Below are positions 51,371-62,800 of a DNA stretch of 64,000 bases, one piece after another. Source of the stretch: Naegleria gruberi (taxonomy: Eukaryota). Every line of letters begins with the position of its first letter. Positions within the stretch are counted from its first letter, which is position 1. The notes under the pieces were generated by a model, which saw nothing but the letters and a program-made list of their open reading frames with translations, did no database searches and was not told the origin of the DNA. The stretch lies in assembly GCA_000004985.1 (NCBI GenBank), contig GG738877.1; one strand, 5' to 3'. The translations under genes were made by a program, and so were the position numbers.

Positions 51371-53686
51371 TTACCAAACATCTCTACATAATCTCTTTTC
51401 ATGTTCCAATTCTTCCATCTTGAGAGTGGCTTGGTCATTGGAAAGTGATTCATGTTTGATGAAAATATTCTTGAAAGTCTCAATCACAGCAGGGCACATT
51501 GAAGATCCATCACCACAAATGTAAATGTGGGCATTTTCTTTAACAATCAAATTGTAAAGTGATTCTGAATTTTCAAGAATTAAATCTTGCACATAGACCT
51601 TCTTCTTTGGGTCTTCTCTAGAAAAGGCAGTATGTAATTCAATGGAATTATTCTTTGACCAATTTTCCAACTCGGTTCTATATAAAAAGTCCTTATTTCT
51701 ATCTCTGCAACCAAAGAAGAGAATATTTCTTCCCTTTGCCTGCAAATTTAATCGTTCTTGGATGAATCCCATGAATGGTGCAATACCTGTTCCTGGGCCA
51801 ATCATAATAATTGGTGTGCTAGTGTCTGATGGCAGCTTGAAATCTCTATTCTTCGAAATAAATATTGGTACTATGGATTGATGTTTGAGGAAGTTAGTGG
51901 CTACACCCTTTCTATTCTTATTAAGGGTATTATAAGTTACAATGGAAACAGTTATTGTTGCCTTTTCATTCTTAGTTTCAACAGCTGATGAACTGATTGA
52001 GTAATATCTTGGTACAAGCACTTTGAATTGATCGACAATGTTTTGAATAGTTATTTTAGACTTGGTGTAAGTATTCTTGTTCGATTTGTGAACGAGAGGG
52101 ATGAGGAAATCTTCCAAAACATCCTCTACCCATCTATCCTCAATGTAGGAATTAAGAGTACTTTCGTCATGCAAAATATTGTCCAATTTGGTTTTCAAAT
52201 CTTCCATGCCAGTGAAATCTTGCTTATCGTGAAGTAATTGCAGCAGTGAGGCACTGACTTGCTTAAGATCGTAGAATCTTGTAATGGCTTCCTTGAGGGT
52301 AATATATTCTGGCATACCACTATCAGCATTCTTGAATGGAGAGCTTTCTGCAGGTGAGAAATAGTTGCTTGGTGCATTAACGAGTGGGGAAGCACTAGAT
52401 CCATGCTCACAAGTAAAGAAATCACTCAAATACTTGAAGAGTGTCTCTGTAACTTGAGAATCATTCTCAGGAAGGACTCCCAGAGCGTCACCACATTCAT
52501 ATTTCAAGCTCTTATCATCCAACAAATCAAAACAAAAGTGAACACATTCTCTAATGTCTTTTGGATTGGATTCATCAATGCATATTCTTCTATTTTCTGT
52601 CACCTTAGCAAAGAATGGATTTGTTCTGTCGTACTGAGTTGTTGTTGACAATGCATTGGCAGAATCACTTTGTAAATAGTCCAAAAGAGGTGAATTAACT
52701 GTAAAATTGGCTCTTCTCTCAGTGATTTGTTGAACAACTCCGTTAAGCCACTTATTAATAGATCTCCAATCGTCTCTATCAATGTCAACTCTATCATGAA
52801 TCCTCTCCGATTGTATAAACTTGCTCTCAAACAAAGAATCAAGTGTTTTCCCTGATCTACAAAAGTGTGTATAACTCTTATCACCTAATGCAAGTACAGA
52901 GTAATAAATATTAGAGGTGGTTTCAATTGATTTGTCTTTCTTTTCTTGCATCGATTCAAAGAATGATAGGGCTGCATTTGGAGGCACTCCTTCTCCATAC
53001 GTTGAACAAACTGAAATGACACAGCTTTCTTGACTCCAATCTATCACATTGTAGTGTTTCAAATCTAATAATCTAGGAACAAAGACAAAGTCATCCTTGT
53101 TATTCAACTTTTCCACAATTTCCTCACAAATTTTCATACCAACTTGTTTTGAAAACCCGAATTCTGTACCATACAAGACCAAAATATTAATCACCTTCTT
53201 TTGCTTATCAAGTGACGAAATAATATCACTGCTGACACTCTTTGGTGTCCAAACTAGTTTTTTAACTGGTGCCTTTTTGATTTGTGTTTGTTCTTCAGCC
53301 TCGGATTCATCCAAACCTTCGAGAAATTCTCTTGTCGACTGAATTTGTTTGTACAATTTATAACCAAGTGTTGATAAGCCAACAATTGCAACAGCTGGAA
53401 GTACAATCTTGTATAAATAGGACCATTTGGATGATTTGTTCTTTGTTGATACCTTGTTAGTGACTGCTCTCGTTAAATTATGAGAAATAATTGATGAAAT
53501 TTGCTGATTATTTGAACTATTAAATTGATTGATGATATTTCTCCCTTGTGATGATGTCTTACCAAACACACTTGTAAGATACATCAAAGTATCCAACAAG
53601 AGTTGGTTATTATTATTGATCATCGATGAACCACTACTACTATGACGAGCATAACTAGGAGGAGGTGGGTAGTTGTTTCTTGTCAT
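51371..53686 (-). CDS. NADPH-dependent diflavin oxidoreductase of the cytochrome-P450-reductase (CPR) family, with an N-terminal membrane anchor.
   Basis: TM helix LPAVAIVGLSTLGY. Flavodoxin-like domain (ILVLYGTEFGFSKQVGMK...YSVLALGDKSY). FAD/NADPH domain (RYYSISSS...IIMIGPGTGIAPFMGFIQER...HIYICGDGSSM...DVW). Confidence 0.7.
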   Translation of the reverse strand: MTRNNYPPPPSYARHSSSGSSMINNNNQLLLDTLMYLTSVFGKTSSQGRNIINQFNSSNNQQISSIISHNLTRAVTNKVSTKNKSSKWSYLYKIVLPAVAIVGLSTLGYKLYKQIQSTREFLEGLDESEAEEQTQIKKAPVKKLVWTPKSVSSDIISSLDKQKKVINILVLYGTEFGFSKQVGMKICEEIVEKLNNKDDFVFVPRLLDLKHYNVIDWSQESCVISVCSTYGEGVPPNAALSFFESMQEKKDKSIETTSNIYYSVLALGDKSYTHFCRSGKTLDSLFESKFIQSERIHDRVDIDRDDWRSINKWLNGVVQQITERRANFTVNSPLLDYLQSDSANALSTTTQYDRTNPFFAKVTENRRICIDESNPKDIRECVHFCFDLLDDKSLKYECGDALGVLPENDSQVTETLFKYLSDFFTCEHGSSASPLVNAPSNYFSPAESSPFKNADSGMPEYITLKEAITRFYDLKQVSASLLQLLHDKQDFTGMEDLKTKLDNILHDESTLNSYIEDRWVEDVLEDFLIPLVHKSNKNTYTKSKITIQNIVDQFKVLVPRYYSISSSAVETKNEKATITVSIVTYNTLNKNRKGVATNFLKHQSIVPIFISKNRDFKLPSDTSTPIIMIGPGTGIAPFMGFIQERLNLQAKGRNILFFGCRDRNKDFLYRTELENWSKNNSIELHTAFSREDPKKKVYVQDLILENSESLYNLIVKENAHIYICGDGSSMCPAVIETFKNIFIKHESLSNDQATLKMEELEHEKRLCRDVW

Positions 53687-54583
53687 GTGTTTTGAATTTT
53701 TACCTTCCAGATGAGACGTGGCGATTAATCTGGTTTTTTTTCAAGGCTTGTTGAACTGATTCTTAACCTTGATGGTTTTTCAAAGTTTGAATCTTGTTGT
53801 GGTGTGTTGAAGATTTTGTAATTGCAACACACTCATTGGTTCTGGTTTGTTCTGCTGTGGTGTGTGGTAGGAAAAACCAATAGAAATTGCTGGCTTATTA
53901 GCAAGCCGATTCTCCTATTTGGAAGCTTTCTCTAGAGCGAATTGTAGCCAGTCCGATTCCAAAATTTGATGATGGTGATGAGTGTGACTGGAATCAAGAC
54001 GCAAAATTTCAACTACCTAGCATGTGTTAAATTTTCACACACACGAACGAGGATCTTTTTTCAACTCCCTCGATTTACAGTATCCTCTCAATAAAGAAGT
54101 TGAACAACAATCAAGACTTGTTATTGGTTCAATTTCCATGGCCAGTATTGAATCCTTCCTGAGATGCTTTTTACTGTAATTTCTCAATTTCTCCACATGA
54201 AAATGTTGATTTCATTTGAACACATTCTCTTCCTAAACTAACATTGACACAAATTAACCTTCAATTATCCACAACTAATACACATGATCAATCTATTGAA
54301 TGAATCTTACCAAGTGAGCTTGTTCCAACTCTTCAAGATAACACCTCAGGTTTTTTAGTTCTTCGTTGTTCGAATCTTTGCAGAGAGCGCCAAGCAAGTT
54401 AACAACCTTTGAAAAAAATTCACAACACACACCTCTCGCGACAAAGATCTAAAAATCGTACAACCACGAGTCGGAGAGAAAACGTTTGATCATATCGTCA
54501 TCTATTTATCATCACACACAAAAGAATATTAACGAATATTAACAACAACAACAACAATTATATATAACTGTACAACAATAACG

Positions 54584-56149
54584 ATGAGTGAATTATTAAA
54601 GACTAAATTCGATGAACTTATGTTGTTGGTTCAACAAAAGCCTTCTAAACAAGCTCTGATTAAATGGCTCTTATTCAGTGGTGGTATCTTGATTTTGATT
54701 TATGTATACAAGGCTAGTGGAATTGGAAAACTCTTCCGTAAGAAGCCTAGAGCAATCCGTGATCCAAATATCAACTCTACTCACCGTTCTAAACAATCAA
54801 CTCTTAAAGAAAACGAATATGATGTTTGTATTGTTGGTGCTGGTCCATCAGGAGCTACTTGTGCCTATTATCTTGCCAAGTTTGGATACAAAGTTTTGGT
54901 TTTGGAGCAAAAGTATTTCCCACGTGAAAAGACTTGTGGAGATGGTTGTACTGCCAAAACTCTTGCATACCTGAAGGAAATGGGTGTTTTACAAGAATTA
55001 GAAAAGGAAGGAAAGGTCGCCAGTATGGGAAGTGGAGGTATTGTTGGTCCTAATGGTTTGAGTTTCATTGAAAATTCTGGTGCTACTATTGAAAAGATCA
55101 GTGGTGACAATAATTGGACACCAAAAGCAATCAAGAGAATTCACATGGACGAAAAGGTTGCTCGTGCTTGTCAAAAGATGGGTGCCGATCTTAAGGAAGG
55201 TATGGATGTCACCAAGGTTAGTCGTAACTTTGTCGGATTGAAGGGGTGGTCTATTGTTGCTAATCACACTCCAAAGGAAGATGGTGAAACCAAGCAAGTT
55301 AAATTTTTGGCTTCAGTTCTCGTTTGTGCTGATGGTGCTCCATCTAAGCTTGCTACCTCACTCAAGATGGTCAATGAAGAACCACAAGGTATTTCTTCAA
55401 GAGTTTACGTTTCGAACCACAAGATGGAAACTAATTGCATTATCTTCTATCCTAAGCCAGTTTTGCCAGGTTATTGTTCAATGTTTTGTCACTCTGATGG
55501 TGATGTTTCTTTGTGTACTTATATTGTTCCAGGTGGTAAACCAACTAAGGATGATTTGGGTAAACTCCATGAATATTGTACAACTGAAGATCCATTGATT
55601 ACAAAGGCTCTTGGCCCAAATCCTCAATGGCAACAAATGAAGGCTGCTTATTTGAGATTGGGAGGTATTTCTAACTCATACGGTGATAATATTCTCGTTA
55701 TTGGTGATGCTTGCGGTTTGATTAATCCAATGACTGGTGAAGGTATTCACTACGCTATGGATAGGTATGTTTTATTTTTTTTAAAAATTATTTACTGACC
55801 TATTTCAAATAGTGGTAAAATGGCTGCTGAAGTTTTAGGTGATGCCATTAAGGGTGGTGATCTTTCAAAGAATAAGCTCAAACTCTATCAAGATATGTGG
55901 GAATACCAATTTGCTAATGACTTCCATTTCTCTAACGAAGCTGCTGTTCTCGTTGCTAAGTATCCACTCCTCCTTGATGCTGTTGCTTCAGCTGTCAAGA
56001 AAAAGGGTGGTAAATTCTTGGCTGAATTTGCTATGGTTTCTTCAGGTGTGAAGAGTTGGTCTTGGTTCTTGAGACCTGATGTTGCTTTGCCACTTCTTCT
56101 TGAAGTTGTTCTTCTTTCAATCTTTGGTACTCCAAAAAGACAAAAATAA
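54584..56149 (+). CDS. FAD-dependent oxidoreductase of the geranylgeranyl-reductase (ChlP/GGR) family, with an N-terminal hydrophobic anchor. Exons 54584..55764 and 55813..56149, intron 55765..55812.
   Basis: YDVCIVGAGPSGATCAYYLAK is the FAD Rossmann motif. REKTCGDGCT is the GGR Cys motif. GDACGLINPMTGEGIHYAMD/SGKMAAEVLG is the GGR C-terminal FAD motif. The intron GTATGT...TTACTGAC...AAATAG (48 nt) joins the two track ORFs in frame. Confidence 0.65.
55765..55812 (+). other. Spliceosomal intron (48 nt), GTATGT...TTACTGAC...TAG.
   Basis: Canonical yeast-like donor and branch point. It restores the conserved GGR motif across the junction. Confidence 0.65.
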
Positions 56150-56255
56150 ATTAATTTATTAGTCCTTAATTGTTATTAGAGATTAATTTGAATTATTTCG
56201 TTTAAGCTGGATGGATTATCGTATTATTATTAAAAAAAATTAGTTTATGAAATAA

Positions 56256-57185
56256 TCAAATATCTAATTGCAAATCCAACTCTGAAAAGTAAGGTAAATC
56301 ATCTAGCAGCGTTTCATATTCAGAAAGTTTCCTTGTTATAAACATATTAGAATTCAATTCTCTTTTCAATTCACTTGGTATTAGTATGGGAGAGGTCGAA
56401 TATTTGGTATTGGAAAGAAATTGAGAGAATATAGCATTTGAATACTGATGCCACAATTCTTCCAATTGTTTTGGGCTCACACTAAAAGCAACCTTAGATA
56501 GAACACTGTAAAATGGAAAATCATTCTCAAACTCCTCTCTCAATAGTCCTACATCTTGTGGAAAATCTCGATTGAAAAATATTCTATAATCTGTCGTTGA
56601 CACATTATTCTGGTCCTTAATTGAATTAGCTCCACTGAATTTCATCATTAAATTCCAAAATTCAATATAAACATACATGAAAAAATCGAAAATTTCTGAA
56701 GTTACTTCTTCTGAAAATATATTTCTAATTTCCTTGATAATTTCCAAATCCGACGATGATACTCTACTCAAAATATTTGCTATTGAAAATGTGTAAATTA
56801 CACAAACTATCACTCTGGCGTTGGTTGAATCATTCTCATCCAAAATCATACTATTTACAACACTCGATAATTCTAATTTAATTTCATTAATAAATTCTAT
56901 AGCCTCTCCGACTGATGACAATTCTCCTCCTCCATTATTTTCATCTTCATCACAGCTGTTATCCAATATTACTATTTCATGATTTTGTTCATCGTCATCG
57001 GATGATGATTTATGTTCATTCCGATTAGAGTAAAAGTATTTGTAAATTCCATAACATGACACAGCCACTCCTGTAACAATACTCGATCCTATCAGCAAAT
57101 TTCTCTTCTTTCTACGGTCTACTTGTTGAAATTTCTGCCAATACTTGGTTAATGATGAAGTTTGAAAGAAGAGATCATGAAACAT
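56256..57185 (-). CDS. Membrane-anchored protein, possibly peroxin-3 (PEX3)-like.
   Basis: N-terminus WQKFQQVDRRKKRNLLIGSSIVTGVAVSCYGIYKYFY resembles the PEX3 N-terminal basic cluster plus TM segment. The rest is weakly similar at best. Confidence 0.3.
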   Translation of the reverse strand: MFHDLFFQTSSLTKYWQKFQQVDRRKKRNLLIGSSIVTGVAVSCYGIYKYFYSNRNEHKSSSDDDEQNHEIVILDNSCDEDENNGGGELSSVGEAIEFINEIKLELSSVVNSMILDENDSTNARVIVCVIYTFSIANILSRVSSSDLEIIKEIRNIFSEEVTSEIFDFFMYVYIEFWNLMMKFSGANSIKDQNNVSTTDYRIFFNRDFPQDVGLLREEFENDFPFYSVLSKVAFSVSPKQLEELWHQYSNAIFSQFLSNTKYSTSPILIPSELKRELNSNMFITRKLSEYETLLDDLPYFSELDLQLDI

Positions 57186-57243
57186 TTTTTTTTAATAATA
57201 CTTATTTCCAAATTTAATTTGGGATGTTAAAAAAGATAAAAGA

Positions 57244-57317
57244 TGCCTCCCTTGGGAATCGAACCCAAGACCTCTGTCTTACTAGGACAGCGCTACTGCC
57301 AACTGAGCTAGGAAGGC
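57244..57317 (-). tRNA. tRNA-Thr (anticodon AGU).
   Basis: Reverse complement reads GCCUUCCUAGCUCAGUUGGCAGUAGCGCUGUCCUAGUAAGACAGAGGUCUUGGGUUCGAUUCCCAAGGGAGGCA. Good acceptor, anticodon (CUGUC/GACAG) and T (UUGGG/CCCAA) stems. Confidence 0.8.
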
Positions 57318-57416
57318 TTTCTTCAAAGATTTTTCGTACACAATCTAGTGTAAAACGAAAACAGTTCTTTGAACACAGAACCATAGCATGCAAGTTCCCA
57401 CAAATTAGGCTAAAAA

Positions 57417-58358
57417 ATGTCGTTAAAGCTGTGTGATCTGTCTTCCGATTTGCTGAATGAAATTTTGTTGTTGCTGGATAATTTGTTGGGCTACGATAGG
57501 AATATCATAAATTTATGCTTGGTTTGCAAAACTCTCTATTCAGAGATATCTAAAATTAATAATTTTTGGAATGATAAAATTCATAGAGCCTTCATTCCTT
57601 CGTGTTTTGACACAATTTCCATCAAACAATTGAAAGATTTGGAAAATGAAAACAAACTCATGACAGCTTACTTTAATTTGGAATATTTCTGTATTAATGA
57701 TTCCAAACTTCCAGTGGAAGATCTTGTGAAAATTGAAAACTTTGAAAAAAAACAATTATCAATCTCAACAATTGGAAATGATTGTGACAAGTTCTACACG
57801 GGAGCTGGATTTGGGACTTGGTTTCAAGATGGATTTTATAACCACGAGTACATTTATAGAAAAGGACGGTTTGAATATAGTGGATTGGTCAATTTTGCAG
57901 TCAACCATAAAATATGTTGTAACTTTGACAGTGGTTATCTCTACATTGGTGACGAGTTTCCAAACAATATTTTTGATGGTTTTATTTGGTTGACAAGCTT
58001 GTGGGAATTGACAGATTGGACTGAAATTGAAAGGAGGTGCTTGATCATTAATGACTTTTATGAAGGAAAGGTCAAGATTGATGAACCTGAAAAGCCATTC
58101 TTTATTTGCCTGGTTGCGAAACATTTTGATAGAGAAACATTTGAAAAGATTGTTTATTTATTGAATGGATATATTAAGAGGAGAGGAATGACAGTTTCTC
58201 GACTCATGTATTGTAATTTATTAACGATAGAGCCAAAAGCTGTCATGCTCAGTTTACTAAGCAGAATTTCCAAGAGTTTCTTTTCACAACTATTGAACCA
58301 TCTCCACACAAAGTTTGTCCCTCTTGGCAGACAAAAGAAAAAGTGTTTCCTTATGTAA
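57417..58358 (+). CDS. F-box-like protein.
   Basis: N-terminal LSSDLLNEILLLLDNLLGYDRNIINLCLVCKTLYSEI. Real ATG 99 bp upstream of... tRNA-Thr. Confidence 0.4.
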   Translation: MSLKLCDLSSDLLNEILLLLDNLLGYDRNIINLCLVCKTLYSEISKINNFWNDKIHRAFIPSCFDTISIKQLKDLENENKLMTAYFNLEYFCINDSKLPVEDLVKIENFEKKQLSISTIGNDCDKFYTGAGFGTWFQDGFYNHEYIYRKGRFEYSGLVNFAVNHKICCNFDSGYLYIGDEFPNNIFDGFIWLTSLWELTDWTEIERRCLIINDFYEGKVKIDEPEKPFFICLVAKHFDRETFEKIVYLLNGYIKRRGMTVSRLMYCNLLTIEPKAVMLSLLSRISKSFFSQLLNHLHTKFVPLGRQKKKCFLM

Positions 58359-58390
58359 TTATCTCTTACTAGTTCCAAATAATATTTTAT

Positions 58391-59704
58391 TTAAAAGAAT
58401 TTACCAACAATGTTTGAATCTTGTTCCCAATCAGATGACAAATTACCATTCGGATGGAAAATTAGCTTATTAACAACATTAGGATACTTATCAAATGAAC
58501 TAGCTAGTGCATCATAGGAACTAGTCTCAAAAATCACATCAATGGAATCCTTATATCTGTAACTCTCATTCATGTAATAATATCCAATTGTTGTGAACAT
58601 GTAATTGAAATTCTTTCTCACATTTGAGAATGTAGGAGCTACTTGAGAGAGCACTGATGAAATAGTAACTCTATTCTCATCAATCCAACGTTTGGTCTTA
58701 TTTTGATTATCATATCCTTCCTCTCCAATCACTGACAATTCTCTAAAGACAACTCTTTTTACACCCAAATTAATGGCCCATTCCAAATATTGTTCCACTT
58801 GTTCAATATTAGAGATACCTGCCTTAGTGAGAATGCATGAATTCTTCACAACTTTGAATAATGGAGGAAGTACATTCTTGGTGACATTTTCATAAATATC
58901 ATTCAATCGAATTGGTTGTACCTTTTCAAATCTCATAATCTTCTGATTAACTTGTTCATCAAAATGTTGTCTACTCAATTCAATTCTATCAAAATTAAGA
59001 TTTTTCAAACTGTCAACAACCTCTTGAGCATAAAGAGCAAATCCACTTCCATTCGAATACAAAACCTTTTCATCAAATAAATCTGGATATCTTTCCAATA
59101 ATTCACAAAATCTCTGAAACCAATTAGGTTCACTTGTTGCTTCCAATCCAGAAAGTGACAATCCCATATTTAACTTTCCCTTTTCTTTTTGAATGTTATC
59201 AAGAATTTGGAAGGATTTTTCAAGCCCTTTAAAATACTGATCATAATCTTTGATTCTTTTAGTAGGATATGAATTCATCTTCTTTTTAGAACTAGGATTC
59301 TCATCTTGCATTCTTTCTAAATTTTCACTGCAGAAATGACAGTTGGCATTGCAAATCCTTGCAAAAGCATACGGTGTGAAAGTCAACCCATTTCTAACGT
59401 GTAAAATTTTGTTTTTTTCAGATGCATCCGATCCTTGCCAATTAAATATCTCTGATGATAGAGGTGTCATTAATTTAGGTTCATAGAGTGATGATTTCAA
59501 TTGTCTCATGCGAATCAGCTCTTCATCACTTGTTGCTGTCATTACTTGATTTCTGTATGCGTGATGATGTAGAGAAGCAGTGGCGACAGTACATGTGTGA
59601 AAGGATCGGGAGAGGCCAAATTCTCCCACCATGTTCAAGTTTGAACTTTTAAATGATGACGACAAAAAACTCTTTGATGATGTTACTACTGCACAGAGTT
59701 TCAT
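58391..59704 (-). CDS. Radical-SAM superfamily enzyme with an N-terminal mitochondrial-type presequence. Not assignable to a known eukaryotic radical-SAM family. The real ATG is at 59704 (the track start 59713 is GTG).
   Basis: TPYAFARICNANCHFCSE is the CxxxCxxC [4Fe-4S] motif. A GGE-like SAM motif (GLSLSGLEATSEPNWF) lies about 55 residues later. The N-terminus MKLCAVVTSSKSFLSSSFKSSNL...SRSFHTC is S/K-rich and amphipathic-like. Confidence 0.6.
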   Translation of the reverse strand: MKLCAVVTSSKSFLSSSFKSSNLNMVGEFGLSRSFHTCTVATASLHHHAYRNQVMTATSDEELIRMRQLKSSLYEPKLMTPLSSEIFNWQGSDASEKNKILHVRNGLTFTPYAFARICNANCHFCSENLERMQDENPSSKKKMNSYPTKRIKDYDQYFKGLEKSFQILDNIQKEKGKLNMGLSLSGLEATSEPNWFQRFCELLERYPDLFDEKVLYSNGSGFALYAQEVVDSLKNLNFDRIELSRQHFDEQVNQKIMRFEKVQPIRLNDIYENVTKNVLPPLFKVVKNSCILTKAGISNIEQVEQYLEWAINLGVKRVVFRELSVIGEEGYDNQNKTKRWIDENRVTISSVLSQVAPTFSNVRKNFNYMFTTIGYYYMNESYRYKDSIDVIFETSSYDALASSFDKYPNVVNKLIFHPNGNLSSDWEQDSNIVGKFF

Positions 59705-59877
59705 TTTTTTCACTTTGGATTGTTCGAGAGTTCGCGAGAGTTCAACTGTAAATGAAAGTCAAAGGATCCCTTTTCGAAGGTGACAAGGATTAATTTCACA
59801 CATTTCTCAATCCTTCCATTTGTTAATTCCTTACTACTATCAAAAGAGAATTACATGACACTGATTAAGTCTTTTTA

Positions 59878-62800
59878 TTAATAAAAATTGAGAGTGAATC
59901 TGAGCTTTGAGAGTGGAGTAAGGATGGTCAAAATATGATCCTGTTGCACAGGATCACACATAATAGAGTCTGGTCTATAATTCTTTTCCAGGATCATAAT
60001 GTTTTTGAAAATGAACTTCAAAGCATCTGTCAAAATTTGATAATTGAGACAATACACCACAAAACTAAAGAATTTGTCATCAAGTAATTGTTGTTTGGTT
60101 GTTTGATTCTTCTTTTTTACAGTAGAATCTATCGTTAATACTATGCTGTCGAATGAATAACCTGTCTTTACATTCATACCAACTTTGGATAACTCACCCT
60201 TAGCACAGGCAGTAATTAAATGCCATGGATGAGAAATAAGAGTACCAGCAAAATTCTTCCATTTTGACTCAGAAATTAACTTGTCCATTAAGATTGACTT
60301 TAAAATGTACATTATTAAACTTCTGACAACTTTTCCAATGTTATGATTTTTTGACTCGTCTGTAATTGCATTGATTGGAATTTTTTCATTCTTTCCAATT
60401 TCAATAATGTATTGTAAAAGCGTCTTAATGTTACCTTGCAAGGTTGCGATTAGAGTACCTTCCTCTTTTGAACCGCCTGCTTGTTGAGACAATTCAAATT
60501 CAAACTTGAGTTCAAAATTGAAATGTTTCTTCAATAAATTCAAAACAGCAAAAATGGTTGGTGAGTATTCTTCCAAATTCATTATGGATGTTTCTTCGAA
60601 ACACATTGCTGTGTATTTTTGATTGAGAGCGAGCTCATATGTACAAACTGCTAATAACTTGCTTTGTAAAAGGTATTGAATAAAGAGTAAGTCCCTCTCT
60701 TTCAATTTCTTAGGGTCAAGAATTCTCACTTCCTTAAAAGCAAGAAAATCTTGAACAATCTTTTCCTTTTTTACAATATCAAGTTTTGAAAAAATGGTAC
60801 ATAAATCCCTATCAGATTTGAATATTGTCGGTTTGGTTCTGTTAGTAAGTATAGAGTAAATCGAGTGAACTAAAGGTGCCAATAAAGGAGAGGTTCTGTT
60901 AATATTTACAATTCCAGACACTCTTGTTTCCTCAGTCATTGAACTAGTCAACAAATCAATAATGTTTCTTCTCAACTTATCAAGAAGAGGATGTTCCATG
61001 AGAGGTTTTTCTGTATAGAGAAAAGTGTATGGTTTTTCCCATCCCTTTGGAAAAGTGGAAGGATCCACAAAGTTCTCAAACATTTTTTCTTTTCTTTTTG
61101 GTGTAATTGGAGAGTAAAGGTCGTACAGACTCTTGGGAGTGCAAGAAAGAGGCGTTGTTTCGTTGTGAGCACTGTCTGATCTGGAAGGACTTGGATGAGT
61201 GAGAGTATTTGATGTTGTAGTATTTGTTTCAGAAATTGTTGACAAAAGGGCGCAATCTTCTCCAATGAAATCTTCAAGAACTGCATGCTCAACAGTTACC
61301 TCCTGAGCCAATTCTTGTGTGGCTTCTTTCTTTGTGCTACTTGATCTTGAGGAAGGATTAGAATCAAGAAACTCTTGAAGTAGCAAAGCTCCTGCTTCTT
61401 GTTGATGAGGAGAAGAACCTGTTTTCTTTCTATTGGCTCTTTTTGACTTTCTTGAATCAGATCTTTCTCCACTACTGGAATGGCTATCTGTTGTTGATGT
61501 TATTGATACTTTTCTTCCTTCACTGCCTTTTTCCATAGCCTGCTTCTCTAATACAGAAACTAAAACATCAACGCTGCTGGACGGCTCCTCTTCATGGGTA
61601 GAAATGATGTCAGATATCTTTTCCTCTTCAATTATATCTTCCTTTTCTGATTTTGGAACTGATTGTGGGTCAATATTTGATTCTGGCTCACCTTCTGATA
61701 AAAAATCATCAATGTTTACAACAGAATGTTCTGTTGTTTCATCATCACTTTCTTCGCCTTCCTTAATTGATTCTTCTTTCACCATTTTTGCAATGGCTGG
61801 AAGAGGTTTGGCGATTGGTGTTTCTATTTCTTTTATCTCGAGTGGTGACACTTTTGGATCTGGTTTTTTTGGAGTCTTGGAAAGAAATGAGGAAAAATAT
61901 GATCTTATTGATGCAGTTCTGGAGATGGTTGGCTCAGATGCCTTTTTCTCAAAAACTGGATCTGGTTTTGTTTCTACAACTGTAGTTGGTGTTGACTCTG
62001 GTTCTACTGGTGTTATTGGTTCTGAATCGACAGGTGAAGTGGACGCTTGAACTTCAAACACATCCTTTGCAACTTCTATTGGTTTTGGTGATACCACTGG
62101 TAGAGCCTTCACTGGCTTCTTTGGAACAAGAGGCAGAGGTTTTGTTGGAGAATCAACAACAGGCAGACTTGGCTGTTGAGGCAATGCTTTCAAGATAGGC
62201 AGAGGTTTAATTTCGACGATTGGTTTGATTGGTTGAACGGTTTCCTTTTCAATCTGTTTCTCTGGTTCTGTTATCAGCTTAACTTCCACTGTGGTTGTAG
62301 TTTCTTTTTGAGTATTCAAAATTGTAAATGACGTACTTGTTTGAGAATTTGTTTCAACCTTTGGAGTTTCCACAACCACTTGTTTTGGCTCAACTGGAAC
62401 AGGAAGAGCTTTTGGCTCAGAACTCTCAACAACTTTTGGAATCTCTGCTAGTTTATCTTTGGTAACAATTGGAAGAGGTTTCACAGTTGTTTGTTTTGGT
62501 TCTTCAACTTTGATTGGAACTGATGGATCTAGCAATTTTTCCTCTTTTACCACAACTGGTTTTAAAGAAATCAGGGTTGTTTCTTTGCTTTCATGTACAT
62601 TAGGAGTTGAGACAATTGATTGTTTTTCAGGAGATTTCTCAATGGTTTTAGTAGTTTTGGGAGAAGTTTTCTCTTCTAATTTGGGAGAAGATGGTGCTTT
62701 TTCATCAATACGTGATGACTTTAAGGTAATGGTGGTGATTTCCTTTTCCACAATTTCCAAAGAATTTACGTCAATTGGTTGTTCTACAAATACAGGTTGT

